The notes under the pieces were generated by a model. It saw nothing but the letters and a program-made list of their open reading frames with translations, had not been told where the DNA came from and did no database searches. A stretch of 64,000 bases of DNA from Isurus oxyrinchus (taxonomy: Eukaryota): positions 80,414,001 through 80,478,000 of the forward strand of contig JANJGN010000015.1 in assembly GCA_026770705.1 (NCBI GenBank), in the 5' to 3' direction. How positions within the stretch are numbered: the first letter of the stretch is position 1; each line of letters starts with the position of its first letter. This document shows, piece by piece, positions 14,016 through 26,660 of this stretch. A program made the position numbers and the translations under genes.

Positions 14016-14119
14016 TGTCATTTCATGGGTTGTACATCCAGTCTCTGATGGCTTGAAGAATGGAAGGCCTGGCCAATATTTCACAGAGCAAATGTCACCC
14101 GTGTGGCATAAAATAATAG

Positions 14120-14595
14120 ATAGTCATAGAGTCATAGAGGTCTACAGCACAGAATAAGGCCCTTCAGCCCATCGAGTCTGCACCGGTCAAACAAGTACCT
14201 AACTATTCTAATCCCATTTTCCAGCACTAGGCCCATAGCCTTGTATGCCATGGCATCGCAAGTGCACCTCCAAATACTTCTTAAATGTTATGAGGTTTTC
14301 TGCCTCTACCACCCTTTCAGGCAGTGAGTTCCAGATTCCCACCACCCTCTGGGTGAAAGAATTCTTCCTCACATCTCCTCTAAACCTCCTGCCCCTTAAA
14401 TCTATGCCCCCGGTTATTGATCCCTCCACCAAGGGGAAAACTTCATTCCTGTTTACCCTATCTATGCCCCTCATAATTTTATACACCTCAATTATGTCCC
14501 CCCCTCAATCTCCTCTGCACCAGGGAAAATAACTCCAGTCTATCCAATCTCTCCTCATAACAAACTCTCCAGCCCAGACAACATGCTGGTAAATG
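14120..14595 (-). mobile_element. CR1 LINE 3' end
   Basis: ORF 14208-14486 reads YKIMRGIDRV...FTQRVVGIWNSLP. Tail repeat (tctatgac)n. Confidence 0.9.
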
Positions 14596-15256
14596 TACAT
14601 AACTGGACCAGAGAACTTAGCGACACCAAGGAATAATGATTGATTCACCATTTTGAATGTTAAACAGGGTGTTTGATGGGTGAAGCAACAAAAGCCCACA
14701 GAGAATGATGGAATAAAAGCAAGAATAAGTGGGGTATACACGTACATATAGAGCATACATGTAAGATGTTACAATGGACTGTTCCAATCCCACTTGGAAT
14801 ATTTTGTTCAGCCTGAGACAGCACATTACATGAAGGACACTGTGGGGTGGTGGAGAGAAGAGCAACAAGAATGTTTCCATGTGTAATAGGGATGAAATAT
14901 ATAAAGTCTAACTGTACATTTCAGAAGGTTACAAAACTGCAATTGACAAGTAACAGTGCAAAGTTTATACAGGAGAACTAGCTCAGTCCTAATGGGACCA
15001 GTCCTGACAATTTAGAGTAAGCTTTCTGCTTTGGGTGCAAAATTTGGTCGAAAATTTGCATCTGTTTTCAGAAGTATTTTTTTCTTCGGTTTGCCACACG
15101 AACCAAACTGTACCTCACCAAATGTAAAATTTGTCACGAACTGGAGCAATTAAGCATTGTTATAAAGTTTTTAAAATGTTGCTGTAGAAAGTATTTCTTG
15201 ATATATATATAGGGCAACCTCATGAATTGTTTCTTGCCAAAAATAAACGTTTTAAT

Positions 15257-15945
15257 CACCCTACTCTCGATCATCAGTAAAGTGATAGAAGGGGTCATCG
15301 ACAGTGTTATCAAGCAGCACTTGCCGAGCAATAACCTGCTCACTGATGCCGTTTGGGTTCCGCCAGGGCTACTCAGCCCCTGACCTCATTACAGCCTTGA
15401 TTTAAACCTGGCCAAAAGAGCTGAACTCCAGAGGTGCGGTGAGAGTGACTGCCTTGTTATCAAGGCAGCATTTGACCGAGTGTGGCATCAAGGAGCCCTT
15501 GCAAAACTGGAGCCAATGGGAATCAGGGGAAAAACTCTCCGCTGGTTGGAGTCATACCTAGCACAAAAGAAGATGGTTGGTTGTGGTTGTAGGGGATCAA
15601 CCATCTCAGCTCCAGGACATCACTGCAAGAGTTCCTCAGGGTAATTTCCTCAGCCCAACCATCTTCAGCTACTTCATCAATGGCCTTCCTTCCATCATGA
15701 GGTCAGAAGTGGGGACGTTCGCTGATGATTGCACAATGTTCAGCACCATTCGTAACTCCTCAGATACTGACGCAGTCCATGTCCAAATGCAGCAAAATTT
15801 GGTCAACATTCAGGCTTAGGCTGACAAGTGGAAATGTAACATCCACACCATGCTAATGCCAGGCAATGATCATCTCCAATAAAAGAAATGGGCAATAAAA
15901 ATGCTGGCCTAGCTAGCGATGCCCACAGCCCATGAAAGAATTTTA
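15257..15945 (+). mobile_element. CR1-group LINE RT fragment (family distinct from the main CR1s)
   Basis: LLSIISKVIEG, AAFDRVWHQG, VPQGNFLSPTIFS and FADDCT motifs. It ends in an aatgctggcctagctagcgatgcccac tail. Confidence 0.8.
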
Positions 15946-15959
15946 AAAAATAGTATTTC

Positions 15960-16560
15960 TATGCCATCATCTGGGAATAACTCATTTTAAGTAAAACCAT
16001 GGAATCTTATGGCTTTATTCTCTTAATAAGTAACAGGGATATTAAATTTCATCTACTTTAACAAAACAAAGGTCCTTAATCAGATCATAACAAAATTTGG
16101 GGATCTCGTCCGGGATCATACCAAAAGTTTGGGATCAACTGTAAGATCACAACAAATGCAGGTAGCAGGATGGGGTTATGCTAGATTGTTCTAATGATGT
16201 GTGAATCTGGACAGCTAAAAGTGTAGATATTGGGTTGTTCGTGCGCAGTCTGATTCTTACTTCAAAACTATTCAATTTGGGATATAATTTCAAAGATAGA
16301 TTTTGACTCCTAAGCACTAGAAGCATCCTGTGCCAGACTTGGGCATAGGCCAGGCAAGTGAGTTGCCAGTTCTCTGGAGTATTTACTACTGGAGAAATAA
16401 AACAGCAAAATACACTGCTTGTACGCTACATGGTTTAGCAAAATCCAAACATGAAACTGAGAGGATCTCTCTAATTAGGGCAAAGCCTCTGGGCAAAGCA
16501 CAGATTCAACAAGCTGGTTTTTCTCTCTGGCTGGTTCCTTTTCCATTCCATTGTGAAAGT
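15960..16560 (+). mobile_element. LTR retroelement remnant: LTR 3' end, tRNA-Pro-like PBS and decayed internal sequence
   Basis: ...atcataaca is followed by tggggatctcgtccgggat (16098-16116), close to the tRNA-Pro PBS TGGGGGCTCGTCCGGGAT. Confidence 0.6.
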
Positions 16561-16564
16561 GTTA

Positions 16565-17183
16565 AGCCAGAATCTTCCGTTCAACCCGCATGCCGACAAA
16601 TAAAGTGATGCGCAAGTCCCAGCATCACTGCACATAATTCCGATCTTCGGTTCAGCGGACGCAAAGAACTGTCAAAGGCCTATTAAGGCCATTAATTAAC
16701 CAATTAAAGTGATTGTTAGGGCTGCCCCCCCAAATTTAAGGCTGTTGAGCAGGCGAAGAGCCCAGGCGGCCTTCGCATTTTTCATGAAACCTCATCCACG
16801 GATGGGATGAGGTTTCATGAAGTGTTTATTAATTAAATAAAATGTCTTATGAAAATTCATGAACATGTCCCAGCTCATGTGACAATGACACATGAGCTGG
16901 GACATGTCTGAGTAATTTTAGTTTTTCTTTTTTCCAATGTTTCATTATTATATTAATCTCCCTGAGGCAGCTTCGTAGCTCAGGGAGATTTCTGCGCTCT
17001 TCCGCACATATGCATGAAAGAGTGCAAGCCCCGACTCTCTCTCCTCCCTCCACCCGCACAGGTAGTGCTGAACACTTCCGGGTGCATGACACGCTGGGCG
17101 GGCCTTCATTGGCCCGCACACATAAAATGGCAGCCTGGCGCCTGCTCCTGACCGGCCCGCCTGACGGGGAGAAATTTCTCCCC
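16565..17183 (+). mobile_element. Harbinger-type MITE with a central hairpin
   Basis: Degenerate TIRs, flanks tta/ttg, and the hairpin ttcatgaaacctcatcc-acggatg-ggatgaggtttcatgaa at 16781-16821. Confidence 0.75.
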
Positions 17184-17294
17184 TTGGTGTTGATTTCCCA
17201 CTGTGGTATATCTCTCCCAGCACTGGTTACTTCTCAGCGGGATTGCTTATATTTGAACAGCATGTTAAAAGATCTCTCACAGGAGAGGATGTTA

Positions 17295-17700
17295 ATTATT
17301 TCTTGGGGTGTGGGTGTTGCTGGCCATACCAGCATTTATTGCCCATCCTTAATTGCCCTTGAGAAGGTGATGGTGAGCAGCCTTCTTGAACTGCTGCAGT
17401 CCACGTGGTGCAGGTACACCCAGGGTGCTGTTAGGGAGTTCCTTGATTTTGACCCAGCGACAGTGAAGGAACAGCGATATATTTCCAAGCCAGGATGGTG
17501 AGTGGCTTGGAGGGGAACTTTCAGGTGGTAGAGTTTCCGTGTGTCTGCTGCCCTTGTTCTTCTAGATGGTAGAGGTCACACATTTGGAAGGTGCTGTCTC
17601 AGGAGTTTGGAAGGTGCTGTCTCAGGAGTCTTGGTGAGTATCTGTGGTGCATCTTGTGCCGATGGTGGAGGGAGTGAATGCTTAAGATGGTGAATGTCAC
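17295..17700 (-). mobile_element. LINE 3' end (same family as 55785-56240)
   Basis: Reverse complement resembles 55980-56240 and the tail at 15890-15940. Confidence 0.7.
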
Positions 17701-18109
17701 ATTAGAACCCAAACCTGCTCTGACTTCAATGTTCGCATTTGTGCATTTGCTCTAGGGACTCCTGTACACTGATAAGGAGTGTGAATCCTGGATGATTTTC
17801 CCTTCTTTGACCAGGTTGCTCAGAGGCTGTTACAGTTGAACAATTGGACCAGTTAATATTAAACTGTGGTTATTACGTTGTCAGCCACCACTCAATGTTA
17901 ACATCCTCACCTCTGAATTAGAAGTTTTAATCCCAGTCCAGAGACTTGAGCACAAATTCTAGTCTGACCTTCCAGTGTAGGAAGGTGCCTTGTTTCAGAT
18001 GAAATATTAACCAGGGAAAATAGTGACAAAACAAATTGTAAGAGCTGCAAATGGGCGAAAGCAAAGAAACTTGTAAGGGATATCAATATTAACACTAATA
18101 TTTTACAAT

Positions 18110-18715
18110 TGTACTAGGAAAGAGAGTAGTCAGGAGCAATGTAGGCCCCTTAAAAACTGATATGATCAAATGGTCACTGTGATTGAAGAAATGGCCAACA
18201 TGCTGAAGAATTAAAAGCAAAATACTGCAGATGCTGGAAATCTGAAACAAAAACAGAAAATGCTGGAAAACCTCAGCAGGTCTGACAGCATTTGTGAAGA
18301 GGGAAACAGAGTTGACGTTTCGAGTCTATATGACCCTTCTACAGAGCATCTGTGGTTGGAGGATTACTGAAGTCTATAGTTAAGAAGAGGTTTACTGAAC
18401 ACCTAAAAAAAAAACAGCGGATCCAAGAGAGTCAGCATGGGTTTGTAAAGATTAGGTCATGCCTGACAACCTGTCGGAATTTTTGAAGGGATGACTAAAG
18501 TAGTGAACAGGGGAATGTCAAAGGATGTTGTTTGAACTAGCTGAAAACATTTGATGATGTCCTTCTCTGATAGGCGATTAGTTAAATTTGAAGCTGATGG
18601 AACTGAGGGAAAAATTTCCACCCGTTTAGGAAAATGGTTGAATGGTAGGAAACAGATATTGGAGAATGGGTATGCCTTCTAATTGGCAGGACGCGAGGAG
18701 TAGCTCCCCATCAAG
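18110..18715 (+). mobile_element. Old CR1 ORF2 fragment containing a PLE pLTR insertion
   Basis: Motifs NVGPLKT, ESQHGFVK..SCLT and ENGYAF.WQD, all decayed. Confidence 0.65.
18213..18348 (-). mobile_element. Solo Penelope pLTR fragment with minimal hammerhead motif
   Basis: Minus strand reads ctCTGTAGAagggtc-atata-gactcGAAACGTCaactc, followed by the family tail gacctgctgag..tccagcattttctgttttt. Confidence 0.75.
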
Positions 18716-18717
18716 AA

Positions 18718-18985
18718 CAGCAACAGAGTGGTTATGTTTCTGAACTAGTAATCTGAAAGCCCGATCTGGAGACTTGGGTTTGAATCCCACCGCGGCCATG
18801 GGAGAATTTAAATAAATCTGAAATAATAAACTACCAAATTGTTGTAAAAATCGATTTTGTTCACAACGTGCCTTCATTGAAAAAGATCTGTTATCTGACT
18901 CCAGTCCCACACACTGTGATTGCCTCCTGACTGTATTCGGAAATGACCCAGAAAGTGACTCATTTACATCAAGGCCATTCAGAAA
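18718..18985 (+). mobile_element. tRNA-derived SINE, decayed
   Basis: B-box gggtttgaatcccaccgcggc. The body resembles the reverse of 6366-6770. Confidence 0.65.
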
Positions 18986-19029
18986 ATAACAAGGTACCTT
19001 TCAGCTCTTTGCTTACGATTGAGAGTAGC

Positions 19030-19900
19030 TAGATTGGGCTTCTTTTTTTGTGGACAGCTCATACTTGGGCATTTTCCCACATTGTCAGATGAATGCCAGT
19101 GTTGCAGCTGTACTGGAACAGCTTGGTGAGGGCTGCCACTAATTCTAGTCTTCAGAATTATAGCCAGGATGTTGCCAGGGCCCATAGCTTTTGCTGTATA
19201 CAGTGTATTTAGCCATTTCTTGATATCACACCGAGTTGAATGAAGGTTGTATCTAGGAAGGTGTGGACCTCAGAGGAGGAAGTCGTTTTATAATGTTTCA
19301 ACCTTATCTTTTCCCTTCACATGTTGGGCTCTACCATCATTGAGGATGGGGGTATTAATGGAGTCTCTTCCATCTATTGTGTAATTGTCCACCAGCATTC
19401 ATGACAGATGTGGCAGGATTGCAGAGCTTTAAACTGAATGTTGGTACTGTTGCAGCTTTATCAGGTTGACACCTCACTTTTAGTCATGGCTGGTGCTGCT
19501 CCTGGCATGCCCTCCTGTACTCTTCATTGAACCAGAGTTGGTCCCCTGGCCTGATGGTAATGGTGGAGTGTGGGTCACGTTGGGCCATAAGGTTACAGAT
19601 TGTGCTTGAATACAATACTGTTGCTGCTGTTGATGGCCCACAGTGCCTCATGGATACCCAGTTTTGAGCTGTTACATCTGATCTGACTCTATCCCATTGA
19701 GCATAATGGTAATACCACGTAACCCAATGGAGGATATCCTTAGTGTGAAGATATTTTCACAGAGGACTTTACGGTGCTCAATCCTACCAAAACCATCCTG
19801 GACAGATGCAGCTGTGACAGATAGATTGGTGAGGACAAGGTCAAGTCATTTTTTTCTCCTTTGTGTTGATTCCCTCATCTTCTGCCACAGGCCCAGTCTG
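19030..19900 (-). mobile_element. LINE internal fragment (CR1 group), decayed
   Basis: Minus-strand MGPGNILAIILKT...WHSSDNVGKCP matches the pre-RT region. Confidence 0.6.
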
Positions 19901-20299
19901 ATAAGATCTATAATGGTTTTGATGTAAGTGAGTCACTTTCTGGGTCATTTCAGAATACAGTCAGGAGGCAACCACAGTGTGTGGGACTGGAGTCAGACTG
20001 CAGATTTTTTTCAATGAAGGGAAGTTTGGGGCTAAATTTTTTAAAAGAACAACGCTGTATGAATGACACATGTTGTCACTGATAATGAATCAGCCAGCAA
20101 AATGTAATGACGGAACGTTACCCCATGAATTGTGAATCATCACAAGATGCTGGATAATTTGTACATTCCACTGTTTGCTTCACAAAAATGACATAGTTTG
20201 CTTAATTTTGTTCTGATTTCCATGAAGTTGCTGAATTTGTTCATTAAATACCCATTAAACACACCACAGAAAGATGCCAAGTAATTATCAACAAAGTGT

Positions 20300-20780
20300 C
20301 CCTTTTATGGCAGTAGCATTCCATCTCGTAAGTTTGTGCCATGGTGGTCAGCTCTGTGTTGGAGCCCGACTCTAGCATGGCAGTCTTCGCTACATTTTCT
20401 GCAGAGGAAGAGATGGCTGAGAAGGTGTACAATTCGCTAGCCTCTGTTTTCTCTTGGCCCTCTTCTCAGCCAGCTGAATGTTTTGATTCTGCTTTCCCCG
20501 TAGCCTCCAGAGATCATGGCCATCACAACTGTCTCCTAGTTCTCAGTGTCAACGTCTGTGATCTTCATATCTGGCTTTCAGGCATCCTTGTAGCAGAGGT
20601 ATGGATACCTAGGAGGTCATGACCCAGTGGCCCATTCACCGTACCTTGAGTTTATGGCCATCATCCATCCGATTAACATGGCCGAGCCAGCAGAGTCATC
20701 GTTGGTTTAGCAATGAGTGTTTGCTGATGGAATTAGCATGATCCAGGCCCTCTGGGCTGGTGACCTTGCCCTGCCAAATG
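20300..20780 (-). mobile_element. RTE LINE 3' fragment
   Basis: Homologous to 49250-49760 (WQGKVT, RWLGHV.R-like motifs). Confidence 0.7.
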
Positions 20781-21014
20781 TATCTTTTTAACTAAGTAAT
20801 TATTGTTAATGATGGCTAATTAAATTCTCTTAGAGAAAAAGTGAACGACAGTAAGTGTGAAGCATCATTTCTGAGGGATCGAATGTTTTATGAGATTTTA
20901 AAACATGTCAAATTTAAATTAAAATTTTTCTTCTAAATTTTCCTTTCTACCTTCATTTATCTCTCCCTTAATCCAACCTTTCTCTCCCTTTGTTTCTTTC
21001 TTTTTCCGTATCAG

Positions 21015-21320
21015 CGCCAGACAGTGAAGTAAAACCAGGGAGTAATGCAGGAGTCCCCCGAGTGCATCCCACATTCCAAACAGTATTCAGTTTTGATTAC
21101 TAATGAGAGAGATGTTTCATCTGGGGAACGCAGCCAGAGCCAAATCCATGGCATCATGGGTGGCTCAGCTGTACAGAAGGTACAAAGAAGACTGGAAGAG
21201 CAAGTGATAGGTAGTTTGATAGTTCGGGGAATAGATTGACATTTCTGTGGCTGCAGACGTGAACCTAGGATGGTGTGTTGCTTCCCTGGTACCAGGGCCA
21301 AGGACGTTAATTAACAGCTG
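21015..21320 (+). mobile_element. CR1 ORF1 SGNH-esterase fragment
   Basis: VIGSLIVRGID.FCGCRREPRMVCCFPG, homologous to 61721-62113. Confidence 0.75.
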
Positions 21321-21324
21321 TCGC

Positions 21325-21700
21325 AAGCTTTCAGCACCTTGGAAGGGTTCTGGGAGTGGCAGTGTGGTTTCCATGCTTTTACTGAGGCTGACAATAGTTG
21401 CTGCTTCTTAGAGTTTTTTTTTGAGTCACTTACTCACTGCCCACTGCCACCATGTTTTGTTGTGTCTTCAGAATTTAGATGGGGTTCTTTGGGACTTGTC
21501 TACTGTCACCAAGTAAGCAGACTGAGACTGTTGTTTGTTAAAACCATTACTTTTTGTTGACAGGTACTATATGCATATTGGGAACTCTGCACAAGGTTGG
21601 AACTTCTCCCTCCCTTCAGGTCTCTGTTACTTAATCACATGGTGTCACATCATCATTACATCAGCATTATGTGCTTCTGATGTTAACCCTTTACTCCATA
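21325..21700 (-). mobile_element. Gypsy-type LTR with tRNA-Leu-like PBS
   Basis: Minus strand reads ...gacacaACA aaaca TGGTGGCAGTGG (PBS 21441-21452; compare tRNA-Leu PBS TGGTGGCAGCGG). The LTR is about 21458-21700. Confidence 0.55.
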
Positions 21701-22845
21701 GGCAATGCTGTTGATGTGGTGCGCATGAACTTCTAAAAGGCATTTGATATAGTGCCACACAAGAGACTTGTGAGAAAAGTTATAGCTCATGGGATAAGAG
21801 GGATAGTAGTAACATGGATACGAAATTGGCTGGGTGACAAAAAATAATGGTTAATGAATGTTTTTTGGAGTGGAGGAAGGTTTGTGGTGGAGGTCAGTGT
21901 TGGAACCTTTGCTCTTTCTGGATATTTATTAATGATCTAGACCTTGGTGTGCAGGGCACAATTTCAAAATTTAAGCTTAATATGAAACTTAGAAGCACTG
22001 TTAACTATGAGCAGGATGGTGTTAAACTTCAAAAGGACACAGATAAGTTGGTGGAATAGGCAGACAAATGGCAGATGAAGGTCAATGCGGAAAAATACAA
22101 AATGATTCATTTTGGTACGAAGATCACAGACAGACAATATAAAATAAAGGACACAAACTAAAGTGGGTGCAGGAGCAGAGGCACATGGGTGTATACGTGC
22201 ATAAATCACTGAAGGTGGGAGGATATGCTGAGCTAGTTAATATGTCCTTGGCTTTATTAATAGGGGCATAGAGTACAAGAGCAAGAAGCTGTATAAGTCA
22301 CTAGTTAGACCTCAGCTAGATTATTAAGTCCTATTCTGGGCACCGCATTTCAAGAAGGATGTGAAGGCATGGGAGAGAGCGCAGAAAGGGGATTCATAAG
22401 AATGATTCCATGGACGCGGAACTTCAGTTACAAAGACAGATTGGGAGAAGTTCAGATTGTTTTCCTCAGAGAAGGCTGAGAGGAGATTTGATAGAAGTAT
22501 TCAAAATCATTTTGGGTCTGGACGGAGTAGATAGGGAGAAACTATTCCCATTCATGAAAGGATCATGAACAAGAGGGCACAGATTTAAAGTAACTGGCAA
22601 AAGAAGCAGAAGTGGCAGTGAGTGGTTAAGGCTTAGAATGCACTGCTTGAGAGTGTGGTGGAGGCAAGTGCAACTGAAACATTCAAAAGGGAACTAGGCT
22701 GTTATCTGAAAAAGAAGAATGTGCAGGGTCACAGGGAGAGGGTGGGGGAATGGCGCTGGGTGAAAAGCTCATTCAAAGAGCCAGCACAGACATGATGGGC
22801 CGAAAGGCCTCCTCCTGCACTGTAACAATTCTCTGATTCTGTGAT
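21700..22845 (+). mobile_element. CR1 LINE 3' portion, decayed
   Basis: IFINDLDLGVQGTISKF and LVRPQL motifs. Tail attctctgattctgtgatt. Confidence 0.85.
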
Positions 22846-23269
22846 TGGACAATAAAGAAATTACTCTCCTTCTCTGTCCTTCCTCTGTCTATTACTTGCT
22901 CCTTTAATCTCATTGGTTAAGGAGATACACTGTTGTTTACCAAGGCCCCACCCAGATGCCCCTGTTTCCTTCACTGTTATCAGCTCATACTTCCCGCAGC
23001 TTCTTGGGCAGAATATTTGAAAAGTGAGGCATGCACACACAAGTGAAACTAACAGGGTCGACAGTGAGATGTCCTGCTCCAGCAAAATTTGGGTCAATAT
23101 TTAGGATATTTGAACTTGACAATGTACTAAGTCTTTTCATCACCATTTTTGAGTCACGTTTCAGAATTAGGAACATGTTGTGGATAACAATTTATAACTT
23201 GCAAGTAACACAAGGGGTTAGATTTTACTGCATGGGTTGCAATCCCAACATTGGTTGAATTCCAAGTTA

Positions 23270-23887
23270 GGGGCCCAGAAGTCACCGTGGCAGAACGTTG
23301 GGTATGATCTTCTCATCAATTCTGCCTCCAGAATCCTCGTCCAATTAAGGACAGCAGACAGACCAAAGTAGCAGGAGGCCCAGTGACAGGGCCCACAGCA
23401 ATGTCTGGCCGGCAACCCCAAGGGAGAGTTGGATGCTACTGATGAGTTCTCTACTGCATTCTACAAATGTTAGATTGTAGAGGCCCGCAAAAGATGTCAA
23501 GAGGGACCCCTCGACAGGACTGGTTTTGGCCACAGTAGCAGCCTTTTGTCTTGGCAATGCCTTTATTGGAACATGGTGACCCAGCCCATCGACAAGAGGC
23601 TGCTGCTAGAGAGCTGCCAGATTCCACATGTGGTGCGAGGGCAGTAGGGGGCAATCGAACAGCAGGGTGATCCTGTCTCCATTTAGCAAATGACCCATGG
23701 TTGGGCCCTTAAGTAATCCAACTGGCTGCCATCTCATCAGAGCAGCCTCCCACTTTTCTTCCCAGCTCTCCCCTGGGGAGTTCTCCTATAGGCTGGAATG
23801 TATTGGGAAGCTGTCCTGATATCATTCCTCCATTTCTTCCCAATCTTGCCTCCACCCACCTCCATGGGACTGGGAAAAGTCAGCCCT
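23270..23887. mobile_element. Probable Harbinger-type non-autonomous element
   Basis: Ends ggggcccagaag / aaaagtcagccc. GC-rich interior with a gggcccttaagt motif like the other MITEs. Confidence 0.4.
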
Positions 23888-24606
23888 AGGTTTAAGTGGA
23901 TGATGAATGAAAGGAAGGGTCTCTAAATTCAATTATACCCGAACAATAAAATGTCTTCTCAATGTGTGCAGTATTAACGTTGTACAGAATACATAAAATC
24001 AGCTCAACTCTCAATAACCTTCCTTCACGTTCCCTCGTTGGCAGAAGATTACAGCTGTCTTGTAATTGCAGGTCGTAAATGCCATGCTGTTCAGCAGTGT
24101 GCTCACAGTGGGGTTCAGCTAAATCCAAAAAAAGTACTCTCTAGATACGCTGCAAATCACATAAACACCTGCACACAATCTGAGTAAACACACAATGAGA
24201 GATGGCTATCTCTCACAGCATGCAAGTCTCCTCATAAAGCATATTTTCTGCTGACAAGCAGGAAGTCCATTGTCCTCCTTTGTCTAGTAAAGGATCTGCA
24301 TAACCCACTGGGCACAGGAGTAGAGCTCCGAGCACAGTAGGCAACTCGAATTAGATAGAGAGTTTATCTTGGAATGCTATCCTGCCATCAGCCAAACATA
24401 ACATCAGCTAATGTGTTGTCCAAATGTAATGTGAGCTCACTCTTTCTCTAAATTAATAGGGATATGGGTAAATGGCAGGGGAGTGGGACTTGGAATGAGC
24501 GGGTGCAGACTCAATGGGCTGAACAGTCTGCTTCTGTGCTGTGTTATTCCATTTACTCTTGGCTGTACAGCTAAAAGGCTAGAGTACAAGGGGGTATCTT
24601 TCAGTT

Positions 24607-25813
24607 CACAGAATCACAGAGTGCAGAAGAGGCCCTTCGGCCCTTCAAGTCTGCATCGACACATGAGAAACACCTGACCTACCTACCTAATCCCATTTAC
24701 CAGCACTTGGCCCATAGCTTTGAATGATATGATGTGCCAAGTGCTCATCCAGATACTTTTTAAAGGATGTGAGGCAACCTGCCTCCACCACCCTCCCAGG
24801 CAGTGCATTCCAGACCGTCACCACCCTCTGGGTAAAAAAGTTTTTCCTCACATCCCCCCCTAAACCTCCTGCCCCTCACCTTGAACTTATGTCCCCTTGT
24901 GGCTGACCCTTCAACCAAGGGGAAAAGCTGCTCCCTATCCACCCTGTCCATGCCCCTCGTAATCTTGTACACCTTGATCAGGTCGCCCCTCAGTCTTCTC
25001 TGCTCCAACGAAAAGAAACCAAGTCTTTCCAACCTCTCTTCATAACTTAAATGTTTCATCCCAGGCAACATCCTGGTGAATCTCCTCTGCACCCCTTCCA
25101 GTGCAATCACATCCTTCCTATAAAGTGGCAACCAGAACTGCACACAGTACTCCAGCTGTGGCCTCACCAAGGTTCCATACAACTCCAACATGACCTCCCT
25201 ACTTTTGTAATCTATGCCTTGATTGATAAAGGCAAGTGTCCCATATGCCTTTTTCACCACCCCACTAACATGCCCCTCCACCTTCAGAGATTTATGGACA
25301 CACACGCCAAGATCCCTTTGTTCCTCAGAACTTCCTAATGTCATGCTGTTCACTGAATACTTCCTTGTCAAATTACTCCTTCCAAACCTCACACTTTTCA
25401 GTGTTAAATTCCATCTGCCACTTATCTGCCCATTTGATCATCCCGTCTATATCTTCCTATAGCCCAAGACTGTTAACCACCCAGCCAATATTTGTGTCAT
25501 CCGCAAACTTACTAATCCTACCCCCCACATAGTTATCTATGTCGTTCATATAAATGACATATAATAAGGGACCCAGCACAGATCCCTGTGGTATGCCACT
25601 GGACATGGGCTTCCAGTCACTAAAGCATCCGTCTGTCATCACCCTTTGTCTCCTACAACTAAGCCAATTTTGAATCCACCTCATCAAATTACCTTGTATC
25701 CCATGTGCGTTTGCCTTTTTTATAAGTCTTCCATGTGGGACCATGTGGGCTTTGCTGAAATCCATATAAACTATATCAACTACACTACCCTCATCTACAC
25801 ACCTGGTCACCTC
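24607..25813 (-). mobile_element. CR1 LINE 3' portion (young; same subfamily as 6921-9330)
   Basis: ORFs 25457-25810 (YMDFSKA, PQGSVLGPLL, FADDT) and 24760-25392 (LVRPQLEYCVQFW, QRRFTRMLPG). Confidence 0.93.
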
Positions 25814-25829
25814 CTACAGTTATACAAAA

Positions 25830-26360
25830 ACTCCTGGGACAGATCTGGGCACCAAATTTTAGAAAGGATATTGGTCTTGGAGGGAATGCAGCATATTTAC
25901 CAGAATGATGTCTGAATGGAAAGGTTAACTTATGAGGACAGAGTACACAAATTACGGTTGTATTGCCTGGAATTTAAAATATTAAGGGGTGATTAGATCA
26001 GTTTTCAAGATATGATGGGGAACAGCTGGGGTAGATAGAGAAATCCTCTTTCTGCTGGTTGGGACTAGACTCTAAGGGGACATAGGCCAAAAATTAGAGC
26101 CAGGCCTTTCAGGGGTGGAATTTGGAAACACTTGTACACTCAAAGGATGATAGAAATTCAGAACGCTCATAGGCAGCAATTAATGTTCGATCAATTGTAA
26201 ATCAGAGATTGGTAGAGTTTTGTTAACAAAAAGTATTAACTAATATGGAATGAAGATGGGCACATCGTACCAGCACACAGGTCAGCCATGATCTCACTGA
26301 CTAATGGAATAGGCTGATGGGGTTAAACGGCCTCCCCCTGTTCCTGGGCTTGTATGTTCC
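25830..26360 (+). mobile_element. Old CR1 3' end
   Basis: Decayed WAPNFRKDILVLEG...LRGD.I motifs and a CR1-like 3' UTR. Confidence 0.65.
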
Positions 26361-26384
26361 TGAGTGCAGTGCAACTACAGCTTG

Positions 26385-26660
26385 TGCACAGTAAGTTCCC
26401 ACAAGCAGCAATGTGGTAAATGACCAGATAATCTGATTTTGACAATATTGGTTGGAATGGTTGAGTGTGAATATTGGTCAGAACACTTGGAGAACTCTCC
26501 TGCTCTGTTTTGAATATGACCACGGATCCTTTATTTTCTAGGTTTAGCATTTCATCAAAGCATTCTTTCATGGTTGTACTGAAACATTAGGATAGAATCT
26601 GTGCTCAAATTTCTGCAATGAGTTTGAACACAAAACCTTCTGTGGTGATCATGCTCACAC
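26385..26660 (-). mobile_element. DeuSINE-like (SacSINE1-type) SINE, decayed
   Basis: Characteristic aatgaccagataatctg...aatattggtcagaacac..gagaactctcctgctc body. Related pieces occur at about 17885-18015 and 59470-59900. Confidence 0.55.

Noticed and set aside
6921-25813. Segmental duplication of the two near-identical CR1 copies
   Set aside because: Similarity stops at the element boundaries, so these are independent insertions of one young subfamily.
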